The position numbers and the translations under genes were made by a program. DNA of 64,000 nt from Octopus sinensis (Eukaryota), in contig NC_043004.1 of NCBI RefSeq assembly GCF_006345805.1, positions 41,354,001 through 41,418,000 on the forward strand, in the 5' to 3' direction. The notes beneath the pieces are model-generated. The model saw only the letters and a program-made list of their open reading frames with translations. It did not search any database and was not told the DNA's origin. Below are positions 11,073-24,172 of the stretch, in pieces; the stretch's first letter is position 1, and the number at the start of each line of letters is the position of its first letter.

Positions 11073-13371
11073 TATATGTAGCTATCAATCTACCTATACA
11101 CACACACAAATGAACGCATGTGGTTACATAATTTGCACGACTGTCCACAAAAACAATATTGATTTTATGGAAGAAGAAGCATGTGTAGCAGGGCAGTCGA
11201 ACTATTTCGTCCCTGCATTTCTCTGCCCTTTAAAAGCTAACTGCGGAGGAATACACATGACGACTTCAGCTCATCTGAAGGGCTCGTAAACTTAAAAAAA
11301 TTTTTAGTGGCTGCCTAGAAGCCAGAAGGTTAGCGCATTCAGCAACTGTCTAGTGAGTTTGGTCACACGGAATGACACGCTGATTGGTTAGTTCATGAGT
11401 TGTGCTACCTCAGAGCTGCGCATATCGGAATTTTTGGTAGGTGGTCATTTATTGAAGATGGTCGCATCATCATGGATTGTATAGTGCCAGTCATTCAATA
11501 AGGTGTAATATAGTACAATTATGTTTTTAAAAACCTAGCACGCACAGACAATTTTGTTTGGCTAGATGGTGGACAATGAATTTGATCCTTCTTGGTCTAT
11601 CTGCGAGTTCATACCTCCACTAAAGCGTAGGACAAGTTGTTTCGAACACGTCGAAGAAGAGTGGATTGTTTGCTACAGAAATCTAAGACTTCAGCTTCAC
11701 ATCTCAAATTGCCTGGGCTTTAGCACAAGATGATTGTTGGAAACGACTTATTACATTTTCTCTTTCATATAGTGAGCTAACTCTTTTCGGATCTTTACCT
11801 TTTGACCGACAGATTTAAAAAATAATTTTTTGTAACTAAACACTTTCAAACTTTGTACAGTGGTAGAATGTGTCACATAAAACACCTTTTACTCTTGGCG
11901 TTGTTGAGAAAATTCTGTATTTTGGAAGTTGTTTTTTGTTAAAGTTGTCATATTTTGGTAATTTCAACCAATCAGTGACGTGTATTCAGCTGAATAAAAT
12001 TACTGCTGTTGTTTGTCAACAACAACTATCCCTGCCTGAGATTTGAAACCAAATCCACCGGCTTGTTGCTTATCAAAATGAGCGGGAAATCCTCTACACT
12101 AGATGATTGATGAGGAAACACTCCACTCCCTAGGACCTGTACTGGCCAAGGAAAGGTCAGTCCTTTGTTTAAGGTTTGCCCTACATTAATGACCATATCC
12201 TATATAACAGAAAATATTCTATCTCTTCCTCTGTCAGCTATGACCAAAGAGCAACACCGGCTCTTAGGTTCAGCCAGACCAAGGGGCAACACCCGCTTTT
12301 GCATCAGCCTTATCCAAGAGCAGCACTTCCCTTTGTCCTTCGCTCAACATGCTAAGAGAGGCTTTTGGCCATAAGAAAGGCAATGCTGCCTTTATCCTTT
12401 CTAGTCAGCACCATGACTACCTTACTCTTTCCCTCTCTACTGATAGACAACCTTTTTCTACATATGAACTACTAACCAGCGAGTCATCCTTGTCGTCACT
12501 ATCACTAGAATTGCCACTATCTCTTTAACAATCTGTTGGGTAAACAATTAAATGTATGTAAATAACATTTCTTCCTTCTTGGAGTTAATTCTTCGATGTT
12601 TACTGGTTATTCCAACGCGAGAACCTTGAAGCGTTACATCTATATGTTACATTTAGTTGTGGGCTAACATCGTATCTAATTGATATGGCACACTACATCC
12701 AGCCCGCTACAGACCCATCCCATTTTGTTTTAACAGATCATCCATTATAGTGCATCTAGAACTAATTTATCTGTATTTTTTACTCTTTTTAAGGCACTTG
12801 ACTGTGGATTTTTTGACTGCTATTTTTAGCAGTTTCAGTGATTATGTGCAAGCTCTAGTAATTTTTTTTTTAGTATATAATTGTTGTTTGGCTTCAAGCC
12901 TGCTGCTGGATTGAGAAAACTTTAGATCAAAGAGATTACAGTTATGACAATCTCATGTTTTATTCAAACATATTACTTGGATTACATTACATAATCTTAT
13001 GTGCCCTTGCCATTTTTTAAGGCGATAGAGCAGATGGGGCAACCTCAGGCAGGCCGCACCACTAAAGAAAAATAGATAATTTTCCATTAGTTGTGTCATA
13101 CAGAAAGTCCCGCGGGCCGCAGTTTGCTCATTGCTGGGATCAGAGGGAGCCTTAAGTGAGATTTCAGACTAACTCTTGTTGTTTAGCTCAGGGGTCAGTC
13201 CAGATTGAGCAGATATATCTATGATCAAAAGTGCTCAGATTCAGATACAAATAGGGTCAATGTGTCCTGCTTTTCTTTTAAGGAAGTAGAGCATGGAATT
13301 TAAGTTATTTCATAACTGGCTGAAAAGCAAGCTTGTCACATTGGCTTGTTATATATATATATATATATATA

Positions 13372-13530
13372 CTGTTGTGTCTAGGGAGAGTGATTTTCTT
13401 TTGTGCCTTATAATGTAAGACACTCACCGGTAAAATTTCCACTTATTCCTTAATTATTATTTTCCTAAAATTTTTGTTGTGTCTTGTAACCTTTTCGATA
13501 GTCTTGACTATGAAATATATATATATATAC

Positions 13531-13567
<37 letters not shown>

Positions 13568-13706
13568 TATATATAATATTGGAAAGGTTGCAAAACGCAA
13601 CAAAAATTATAGAAAAATGGAAAAAAAATGAAATGTGGAAATTTTACCGGTCAATGTGTTAAAATGTAAGGCACCAAAAGAGAATGACTCTCCCCAGACA
13701 CAACAG
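13372..13706. repeat. Imperfect inverted repeat (~130-bp arms) around a (TA)n tract
   Basis: CTGTTGTGTCTAGGGGAGAG...ACCGGTAAAATTTCCAC is mirrored by GTGGAAATTTTACCGGT...CTCTCCCCAGACACAACAG. Confidence 0.7.
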
Positions 13707-13774
13707 AATATAATTCAAAACACGAACTCACATAAAGAATCTTGCAAACCAAATCCCAAAACGAAATACACACA

Positions 13775-14580
13775 CACACAAATATACATACATATATATA
13801 TATACATACATACACATATATATACATATATATATAATATATATACATACATATATATATATACATACATATATATATATACATACATATATATATATAC
13901 ATACATATATACATACATATATATATACATACATATATATATACATACATATTATATACATACATATATATATATATATACATACATACATACATATATA
14001 CATACATATAATATATATATATACTACATATATATATATATACATACATATATATATATACACACACACATATATATACACATATACACACACACACACA
14101 ATATATATATACACATACATACATATATATATACACATACTATATATATATATACATACATACATATATATATACATACATACATACATATATATATATA
14201 CACATACATACGTTTATATATATACACATACATACATATATATATACACGTACCTACATATATATATACACATACTATATATATATATAACATACATATA
14301 TATATATACACACACACATATATATACACATATACACACACACACACACATATATATATACACATACATACATATATATATACACATACATACATATATA
14401 TATACATACATACATATATATATACATACATACATATATATATATATATACACATACATACGTTTATATATATACACATACATACATATATATATACACA
14501 TACATATATATATATATATGCATATACATACATACATATATATATATATACACACACATATGTATGTATGTATGCATATA
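13775..14580. repeat. Compound (TA)n/(TACA)n microsatellite block
   Basis: Direct inspection. Confidence 0.95.
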
Positions 14581-14644
14581 AAGCAACACTGGAAACAAAT
14601 TAAAGCACTTCTGTTTAGCAGATCAGTGGTGACCTTCAATCGGC

Positions 14645-14670
14645 GTCACGTGACATTTACCCAGAATGCA
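14645..14670 (+). promoter_or_regulatory. Palindromic E-box GTCACGTGAC next to a ZNF143/Staf-like site TACCCAGAATGCA (PLPP6 promoter, copy 1)
   Basis: Motifs at 14645-14654 and 14658-14670 in a CpG-containing island ~680 bp upstream of the ATG. Confidence 0.5.
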
Positions 14671-15096
14671 ACAGTTCAATAGGGTAGCCAGTCCCAGTGC
14701 GGATTACTTCTAGTGTTCTTCTCTCCTCGTGTGTGCTCTTTTCCTCGCTCTTCCAGTGTTTATTACTTCTCCACTTCCATCGCGATTTAACATTCACATG
14801 GTTTTTTTTTATTTTAGATTTTGTGTTTTAGCGCATATTTTTTTTTACATTTATTATCGCCGTCTCTTTCTTCTCCCCTCTCTCTCTCACTCACTCTCTC
14901 TCTCTCTCTCACTCTGTCCCCACCCACTTTTCCCTTGTCTGGTCCGTGACATTTTAATTTGAATCGAAGGCTGGTTCCAGTTGTTTTATAGGTGTTTATT
15001 ATTTTATATAGCTCACCCTCTGACATACTATCGTTTTTTTTTCTTTCTGCTCACAACACGAACACACATACACACACACGCACACACGCGCACATG

Positions 15097-15130
<34 letters not shown>

Positions 15131-15328
15131 ACGTAAGGGAAATAGTCAGCTTGACTTGCGGAGAAGAAGAAAAAAAATTATATAAATATTTATATGTAAT
15201 ATCCACAAGTATTTATTACGTGCCAAGCAGACCTGAGTGTGGTGGGAGAAGGATAAATAAAGACACAACAATATTTACGACAACTACCTTACCTACAACA
15301 CCATTCTCTGACGCAAAACTGCAACACG

Positions 15329-15611
15329 ATGTCTACAGAATCGTCAGTGAGGGAACGGACCAGTGTTCGAGAGAAAAAGCCTGCCGAAGTTCCGAACGAT
15401 AAAACCAAAGTCAAAGAACCGTCACCTCCTCCCGAATGGAATCAACTTGCTTTATGCGCCACAAACGATGCCCCCCTTGGTATCCTCCGTCCCATTATGA
15501 TCGTTTTGGAAATATCGTGCCACGGACTCTTGTGGATCGTGGCGACTATAACCATGCTGATGTGCATCCATAAAGCTAACCATGTAGAGATTGTATTCAA
15601 CTTGTTTTTCG
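15329..15611 (+). CDS. PLPP6: PLPP6-like phosphatase, coding exon 1 (copy A)
   Basis: MSTESS...LRPIMIVLEISCHGLLW...NLFF-G; donor G|GTAAGT at 15612; 283 nt (phase 1) matches exon 2. Confidence 0.85.
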
Positions 15612-15928
15612 GTAAGTAACAAATCAAAATGAAATAATAATAATAATAATAATTGAAGTGTGAAGAAAGGAAAAATGGAAAAGAGCGTGTTTAAAAATAC
15701 ATATATCAGCTGTTGTTGGCTATAACTTATAATAACACTGCTTGCTGTGTGGTTAGTGTATATGTGTGAATAAATGTGTGGGTGTGTATATGTATGTATG
15801 TATATATATATGGATAAATAGTGTACATATATGTGCATACTTTGCTCGAATAAGCTTCAGCATGAACTGAGCAGTGATGGATAAAAGCAACGAAAAGAAA
15901 CTTAAGGAAATGAACCCACCCTCGTGTG

Positions 15929-15986
<58 letters not shown>

Positions 15987-15990
15987 CCTA

Positions 15991-16094
<104 letters not shown>

Positions 16095-16396
16095 CACACA
16101 CTGTAGTTATGAATATATATATATTCATGTATCCGTGTATACATATATAGTACATTTGGTGTGCATAATATATGAACGAATGTTAGTATATTAACACACC
16201 CATGTATAAATATAATCTAAAGTGTATGTAAACATACTTAGGTACAATAATATATATATATATATTATATATATATATATATATATAATATATATATATA
16301 TACACACACATATGTATGTATGTATGCATATAAAGCAACACTGGAAACAAATTAAAGCACTTCTGTTTAGCAGATCAGTGGTGACCTTCAATCGGC

Positions 16397-16422
16397 GTCA
16401 CGTGACATTTACCCAGAATGCA
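16397..16422 (+). promoter_or_regulatory. E-box plus ZNF143/Staf-like site (PLPP6 promoter, copy 2)
   Basis: Identical to 14645-14670. Confidence 0.5.
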
Positions 16423-16858
16423 ACAGTTCAATAGGGTAGCCAGTCCCAGTGCGGATTACTTCTAGTGTTCTTCTCTCCTCGTGTGTGCTCTTTTCCTCGC
16501 TCTTCCAGTGTTTATTACTTCTCCACTTCCATCGCGATTTAACATTCACATGGTTTTTTTTTTTATTTTAGATTTTGTGTTTTAGCGCATATTTTTTTTT
16601 ACATTTATTATCGCCGTCTCTTTCTTCTCCCCTCTCTCTCTCTCACTCACTCTCTCTCTCTCTCTCACTCTGTCCCCACCCACTTTTCCCTTGTCTGGTC
16701 CGTGACATTTTAATTTGAATCGAAGGCTGGTTCCAGTTGTTTTATAGGTGTTTATTATTTTATATAGCTCACCCTCTGACATACTATCGTTTTTTTTTCT
16801 TTCTGCTCACAACACGAACACACATACACACACACGCACACACACACACGCGCACATG

Positions 16859-16894
<36 letters not shown>

Positions 16895-17093
16895 ACGTAA
16901 GGGAAATAGTCAGCTTGACTTGCGGAGAAGAGGAAAAAAAATTATATAAATATTTATATGTAATATCCACAAGTATTTATTACGTGCCAAGCAGACCTGA
17001 GTGTGGTGGGAGAAGGATAAATAAAGACACAACAATATTTACCGACAACTACCTTACCTACAACACCATTCTCTGACGCAAAACTGCAACACG

Positions 17094-17376
17094 ATGTCTA
17101 CAGAATCGTCAGTGAGGGAACGGACCAGTGTTCGAGAGAAAAAGCCTGCCGAAGTTCCGAACGATAAAACCAAAGTCAAAGAACCGTCACCTCCTCCCGA
17201 ATGGAATCAACTTGCTTTATGCGCCACAAACGATGCCCCCCTTGGTATCCTCCGTCCCATTATGATCGTTTTGGAAATATCGTGCCACGGACTCTTGTGG
17301 ATCGTGGCGACTATAACCATGCTGATGTGCATCCATAAAGCTAACCATGTAGAGATTGTATTCAACTTGTTTTTCG
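17094..17376 (+). CDS. PLPP6: PLPP6-like phosphatase, coding exon 1 (copy B)
   Basis: Same translation as copy A; donor G|GTAAGT at 17377. Confidence 0.85.
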
Positions 17377-17693
17377 GTAAGTAACAAATCAAAATGAAAT
17401 AATAATAATAATAATAATTGAAGTGTGAAGAAAGGAAAAATGGAAAAGAGCGTGTTTAAAAATACATATATCAGCTGTTGTTGGCTATAACTTATAATAA
17501 CACTGCATGCTGTGTGGTTAGTGTATATGTGTGAATAAATGTGTGGGTGTGTATATGTATGTATGTATATATATATGGATAAATAGTGTACATATATGTG
17601 CATACTCTGCTCGAATAAGCTTCAGCATGAACTGAGCAGTGATGGATAAAAGCAACGAAAAGAAACTTAAGGAAATGAACCCACCCTCGTGTG

Positions 17694-17739
<46 letters not shown>

Positions 17740-17758
17740 CTATCTATCTATCTACCTA

Positions 17759-17860
<102 letters not shown>

Positions 17861-18010
17861 CACACACTGTAGTTATGAATATATATATATTCATGTATCC
17901 GTGTATACATATATAGTACATTTGGTGTGCATAAATATATGAACGAATGTTAGTATATTAACACACCCATGTATAAATATAATCTAAAGTGTATGTAAAC
18001 ATACTTAGGT

Positions 18011-18078
<68 letters not shown>

Positions 18079-18294
18079 CACTATTGTTTCTGTAGAAAGT
18101 TACGATTGGGACTTAAGGGCTGAGTGTTACGTACAGGTCATTCATGAAACTCTTGGTCCTTGAGTGACCATATACAGATTACATGTGCGTATATACATCT
18201 TACATCTTGCGATGCACTGGATACATCTTCGGTGTTGTTACCTGTATATATATATGTAAAAGAGAGAGTAAAGAGTAATATATATATATATATA

Positions 18295-18689
18295 CTCTTT
18301 ACTCTCTCTTTTACTTGTTTCAGTCATTTGACTGCGGCCATGCTGGGGCACCGCCTTTAGTCGAGCAAATCGACCCCGGGACTTATTCTTTGTAAGCCTA
18401 GTACTTATTCTATCGGTCTCTTTTGCCGAACCGCTAAGTGACGGGGACGTAAACACACCAGCATCGGTTGTCAAGCAATGCTAGGGGGACAAACACAGAC
18501 ACACAAACACACTCACATACATATATACGACAGGCTTCTTTCAGTTTCCGTCTACCAAATCCACTCACAAGGCATTGGTCGGTCCGGGGCTATAGCAGAA
18601 GATACTTGCCCAGATGCCACGCAGTGGGACTGAACCCGGAACCATGTGGTTGGTTAGCAAGCTACTTACCACACAGCCACTCCTGCGCC
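18295..18689 (-). mobile_element. SINE family B
   Basis: Reverse complement of the 6813-7210 family. Confidence 0.9.
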
Positions 18690-18709
18690 TATATTATATG
18701 TATATATAT

Positions 18710-18813
<104 letters not shown>

Positions 18814-18953
18814 TATATAGGTAAACGTAAATTAATACAGACATGGACAAGAACATGAAACACCACAGAGACGACACAAGAACCACAGGAACGGGACATT
18901 CGAAGCCCTCAGTCATCAGTCAAACCCGATCATCTTAGCAATTTCGGCCGATA

Positions 18954-19039
<86 letters not shown>

Positions 19040-19058
19040 CGATATATACATATATATA

Positions 19059-19101
<43 letters not shown>

Positions 19102-19157
19102 ATATATATATAATATATATAATATATATATATATATATATAATTATATAAATAATA

Positions 19158-19375
19158 AGGGCGAGCTGGCAGAGACGTTAGCACGCCGGGCGAAGTGCTT
19201 CGCGGTATTTCGCCCGTCGCTACGTTCTGAGTTCAAATTCCGCCGAGGTCGACTTGCCTTTCATCCTTTCGGGGTCGATAAATTAAGTACCAGTTACGCA
19301 CTGGGACCGATGTAATCGTTTGTCTGTCCTTGTTTGTCCCCTCTATGTTTAGCCCCTTGTGGGTAGTAAAGAAAC
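19158..19375 (+). mobile_element. SINE family A monomer
   Basis: GGGCGAGCTGGCAGAGACGTTAGCACGCCGGG...GTAGTAAAGAAA. Confidence 0.85.
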
Positions 19376-19424
19376 ATATATATATATATATATATGTGTG
19401 TGTGTTGTGTGTGTATGTATGTAT

Positions 19425-19643
19425 CATCATTTAACGTCCGCTTTCCATGTTAGCATGGGTTTGACGATTTGACTGAGGACTCATGAACCACATGGCTGCA
19501 CCAGGCTCCAATCTGATCTGGCAGAGATTCTACAGGTGGATGCCCTTCTTAACGCCGTGACACCGGCACGAGGGCCAGTCAGATGTACTGGCAACGGCCA
19601 CGCTCAAGTGGGTTTTTTTCGTGCTACCTGCACAGGAGCCAGT

Positions 19644-19647
<4 letters not shown>
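19425..19647 (-). mobile_element. RTE 3'-end repeat (family E), minus orientation
   Basis: Begins with (CAT)n-TTAACGTCCGCTTTCCATG, the reverse complement of the family E 3' terminus. Confidence 0.8.
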
Positions 19648-19707
<60 letters not shown>

Positions 19708-19858
19708 ATGTATGTATGTATATGTATGTATGTATATATATGTATGTATGTATATGTATGTATGTATGGATATGTATATATATATTTATATGTATGTATG
19801 TGTATGTATATATGTATGTATGTATGTGTATGTATATATGTATGTATGGATATGTATG

Positions 19859-19903
<45 letters not shown>

Positions 19904-19912
19904 GTAATGGAT

Positions 19913-21040
19913 ATACCGGCCTCCGTGCTGTGGGCACGTAACAAATCATCCGATCATGGCCGTTCGCCAGCCTCATCTGGCACCTGTGTCGGTGGCACAT
20001 AAAAAACACCTTCCGAAGACCGGCAAGACTAGTCAGTCCACCTGTGCATACCTTCCTTCTTGTGACACTTGTGAAGACCGTTGAGGCAAGTGAAAATCAA
20101 ATCAATCAAATCAAAATAGACAAAATAGATGAACATCAATGGAATTTGTATCTTGTGGTACCAGTGCCTGTGGAACACAAGAATCCATCAGTGCTGTAGT
20201 CAGTGCGGGGGCACATGACAAACACCATCCGATCGTGGCCGTTCGCCAGCCTCATCTAGCACCTGTGTCGGTGGCACATAACAACACCATCCGAAGACCC
20301 GGCAAGACTAGTCAGGCCATAACCCATGCCCCTACCTTGGACTTAGTCAGTCCACCTGTGCATACCTTCCTTCTTGTGACACTTGTGAAGACCTGTTGAG
20401 GCAAGTGAAAATCAAAACAAATCAAAATAGATGAACATCAATGGAATTTGTATCTTGTGGTACCAGTGCCGGTGGCACGTGGCACATAAGAAAACCATCC
20501 GAACGTGGCCGTAGCCAGTACCGCATCGACTGGCCTCCGTGCTGTGGGCACGTAACAAGCACCATCCGATCGTGGCCGTTTGCCAGCCTCATCTGGCACC
20601 TGTGTCGGTGGCACATAAAAACAAACATCCGAGCGTGGCCGTCTGCCAGCCTCGCCTGGCACCTGTGTCGGTGGCACATAAAAAACACCATCCGAGCGTG
20701 GCCGTCTGCCAGCCTCGTCTGGCACCTGTGTCGGTGGCACATAAAAAACACCATCCAAGCGTGGCCGTCTGCCAGCCTCGTCTGGCACCTGTGTCGGTGG
20801 CACATAAAAAACACCATCCGAGCGTGGCCGTTTGCCAGCCTCGTCTGGCACCTGTGTCGGTGGCACATAAAATCACCCACTACACTCTCGGAGTGGTTGG
20901 CGTTAGGAAGGGCATCCAGCTGTAGAAACACTGCCAGATCTGACTGGACTGGTGCAGCTTTCGGGCTCCCCAGACCCCAGTTGAACCGTCCAACCCATGC
21001 TAGCATGGAAAGCGGACGTTAAATGATGATGATGATGATA
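19913..21040 (+). mobile_element. RTE-associated 3' UTR repeat (family E) with an internal 63-bp minisatellite (~5 copies, ~20545-20870)
   Basis: Shares CTTGTGAAGACCTGTTGAGGCAAGTGAAAATC with the sequence after the RTE ORF at ~39.7 kb; ends GGAAAGCGGACGTTAAATGATGATGAT. Confidence 0.8.
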
Positions 21041-21060
21041 TGTATGTATGGATATGTATG

Positions 21061-21107
<47 letters not shown>

Positions 21108-21597
21108 TATATATTTATATGTATTGATATTATGTATGTATATATATATATATATGTATGTATGGATATGTATGTGTATGTATTTATATATATATATATG
21201 TATGTATGGATATGTATGTGTATGTATATATATATATATATGTATGTATGGATATGTATGTGTATATATATATGAATATGTATATATATGAATATGGTGC
21301 TATTAAGTTAGACATGGCCTGGGCCAATAATGGCCGAAACCTATCAAAGTATATATATATATAGATATGTATGAATATGTATATATATAGAAATGTATGG
21401 ATATGGATATATATGTATTTATATATATATATGTATAATTTATATTTATGTATATATATATACACACATATATATATGTGTGTATATATATATTTCTATA
21501 TATATATGTATATATATATTTGTATATATATGTGTGTATATATATATATATGTATATATGTGTAATATAGTATGTATATATATGTATGTATGTATAT

Positions 21598-21629
<32 letters not shown>

Positions 21630-22400
21630 TATATATGTATATATATATATATGTATATATATATGTATGTTATATTATGTATGTATATATATATATATGT
21701 CTATATATATATATATGTATGTATATATATATATATGTCTATATATATATATATGTATGTATATAATATATGTCTATATATATATATATGTATGTATAAT
21801 ATATATATATATGTCTATATATATATATATGTATTATATTATATATGTCTATATATATATATATGTATGTATATATATATATGTCTATATATATATATAT
21901 GTATTTATATATATGTATGTATATATATATATGTCTATATATATATATATGTATGTATATATATATATGTATGTATATATGTGTATATATATATATGTGT
22001 TATATATATGTGTATATATATGTGTATATATATATGTGTGTATATATATATGTGTGTATATATATGTATATATATATGTATGTATATATATATATATATG
22101 TATGTCTGTTTATATATATGTATTATATGTATGTATATATATATGTATGTATATATGTATGTATATATATATGTATGTATATATATATATGTATATATGT
22201 ATGTATATATGTATGTATATTATATGTATGTATGTATATATATATGTATGTATGTATATATATATGTATGTATGTATATATATGTATGTATTATATATAT
22301 ATATATGTATGTATATGTATGTATGTATATATATATAGTATGTATGTATATATATATATGTATGTATATATGTATGTATAATATTATATGTATGTATGTA

Positions 22401-22432
<32 letters not shown>

Positions 22433-22487
22433 TTATGTTGTATATATATGTATATATATGTATGTATATGTATGTATATATATGTAT

Positions 22488-22528
<41 letters not shown>

Positions 22529-22771
22529 TGTATATGTATATATATGTTGTATATATATATATGTATATATATATGTATGTATGTATGCATATATATGTAT
22601 ATATATATATATGTATATATATTGTATGTATGTATGTATATATATGTATATATATATGTATGATGTATTTATATAGTATGTTATGTATGTATGTATATAT
22701 ATATGTATGTATTGTATGTATATATATGTATGTATATACATATGTATATTATGTATGTATATGTATGTATG

Positions 22772-22819
<48 letters not shown>

Positions 22820-22940
22820 TGTATGTATATATATATATGTATATGCATATATATATATATATGTATATATATATGTATATATATATATATGTATCTATAT
22901 TTATATATGTATATATACATATGCATGTATATACATATGA
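21040..22940. repeat. ~1.9-kb compound (TA)n/(TATG)n microsatellite
   Basis: Direct inspection. Confidence 0.95.
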
Positions 22941-23841
22941 AAAATGTGAGAATGTCTTTTTAAGAGGCTGTTCAATTGCAGATAAAAATATAAATAAAAG
23001 CTATTATTTATATTTTTATTTGCATTTGAGCAATACAAGCACACACACACATCATCATCATCATTATTAATCATCTGCTTTCCATGCTGGCATGATTGGA
23101 CAGTATGACAGGAGCTGACTCGGTGGAAGACTGCACCATGCTTCACTGTCTGTTTTGGCATGGTGTTTATGACTGGATGCTCTTCCTAACACCAACCACT
23201 CCACAAAGTGGACTGAGCACTTTTCATGTGGCATGAGCACAGGCTAGCTCAGTTTTGGCATGGTTTTTTTTTTACAGTTAGATGCCCTTCCAAACACCAA
23301 CTACTTTACAGTGTGGACAGGATGCTTTTTATGTGGCACCAGTACTGGCAGGATCATCAAGTAACTTGCAAGACAAAGGTCCTTTGAGAGGACATGGGGT
23401 ATTGGAGGAGGTGATCCTGTGCCAGATGATGAAAGGTTAGAGTGTGGCAGAGAGACAGAAACAAATGTCATGATATAGAGGAGATACATGGTTACCCAGT
23501 CATAGAGAGAGAGAAAGAAAGAGAGCCATGTGGTTACTTCATTTAAATTGAATCATTAGACACACACCACACAATATGTATGTATATATATATATCATCA
23601 TCATCATTTAGCGTCCACATTTCCATGCTAGCATGGATTGGACGGTTCAATTGGGGTCTGGGAAGCCAGAAGGCTGCACCAGGCCCAGTCTGATCTGGCA
23701 GTGTTTCTATGGCTGGATGCCCTTCCTAATGCCAACCACTCCGTGAGTGTAGTGGGTGCTTTTTACGTGCCACCGGCACGGGGCCCAGGCGAGGCTGGCA
23801 ACGGCCGCGAGGCATATATATATATATATATCACTTTTGCA

Positions 23842-24172
23842 AAGGTGTATGGCTTAGTGGTTAGAGTGTTGAGCTTACAATCGTGAGGTTATGAGTTCGA
23901 TTCCCGGATTGGGCTTTGTGTTGTGTTCTTGGACAAGACACTTTATTTCATGTTGCTCCAGTTCACTGTAGAAATGAGTTGCAATGTCACTGGTGCCAAG
24001 CTGGATTGGCCTTTGCCTTTCTCTTGGATAACATTGGTGGCATGGAGAGGGAAGGCTGGTATGCATGAGCAACTGCTGGTCTTCCATAAACAACCTTGTC
24101 TGGACTTGTGCCTCGGAGGCTAACTTTCTAGGTGCAATCCCATGGTTATTCATGACTGAAGGGGTCACCCTC
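23842..24172 (+). mobile_element. tRNA-derived SINE (family D)
   Basis: Head TGGCTTAGTGGTTAGAG...GAGTTCGATTCCC; minus-strand copies at ~32252-32578 and ~52249-52578. Confidence 0.8.

Noticed and set aside
13575-13610. Possible hammerhead in the 13.4-13.7 kb inverted repeat
   Set aside because: A stem II-like GTTGC/GCAAC is present but there is no CUGANGA core in either arm.
13635-14603. 322-aa ORF and overlapping I/Y/H/T-rich ORFs
   Set aside because: Translations of (TA)n/(TACA)n microsatellite, which lacks stops in several frames; no protein signal.
20422-21022. Six overlapping ORFs with 21-aa Cys/His-rich repeats
   Set aside because: Result of a stop-free 63-bp tandem repeat within a retroelement 3' UTR; no splice or start context.
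21040-23070. Many long ORFs up to 336 aa
   Set aside because: Microsatellite artefacts.
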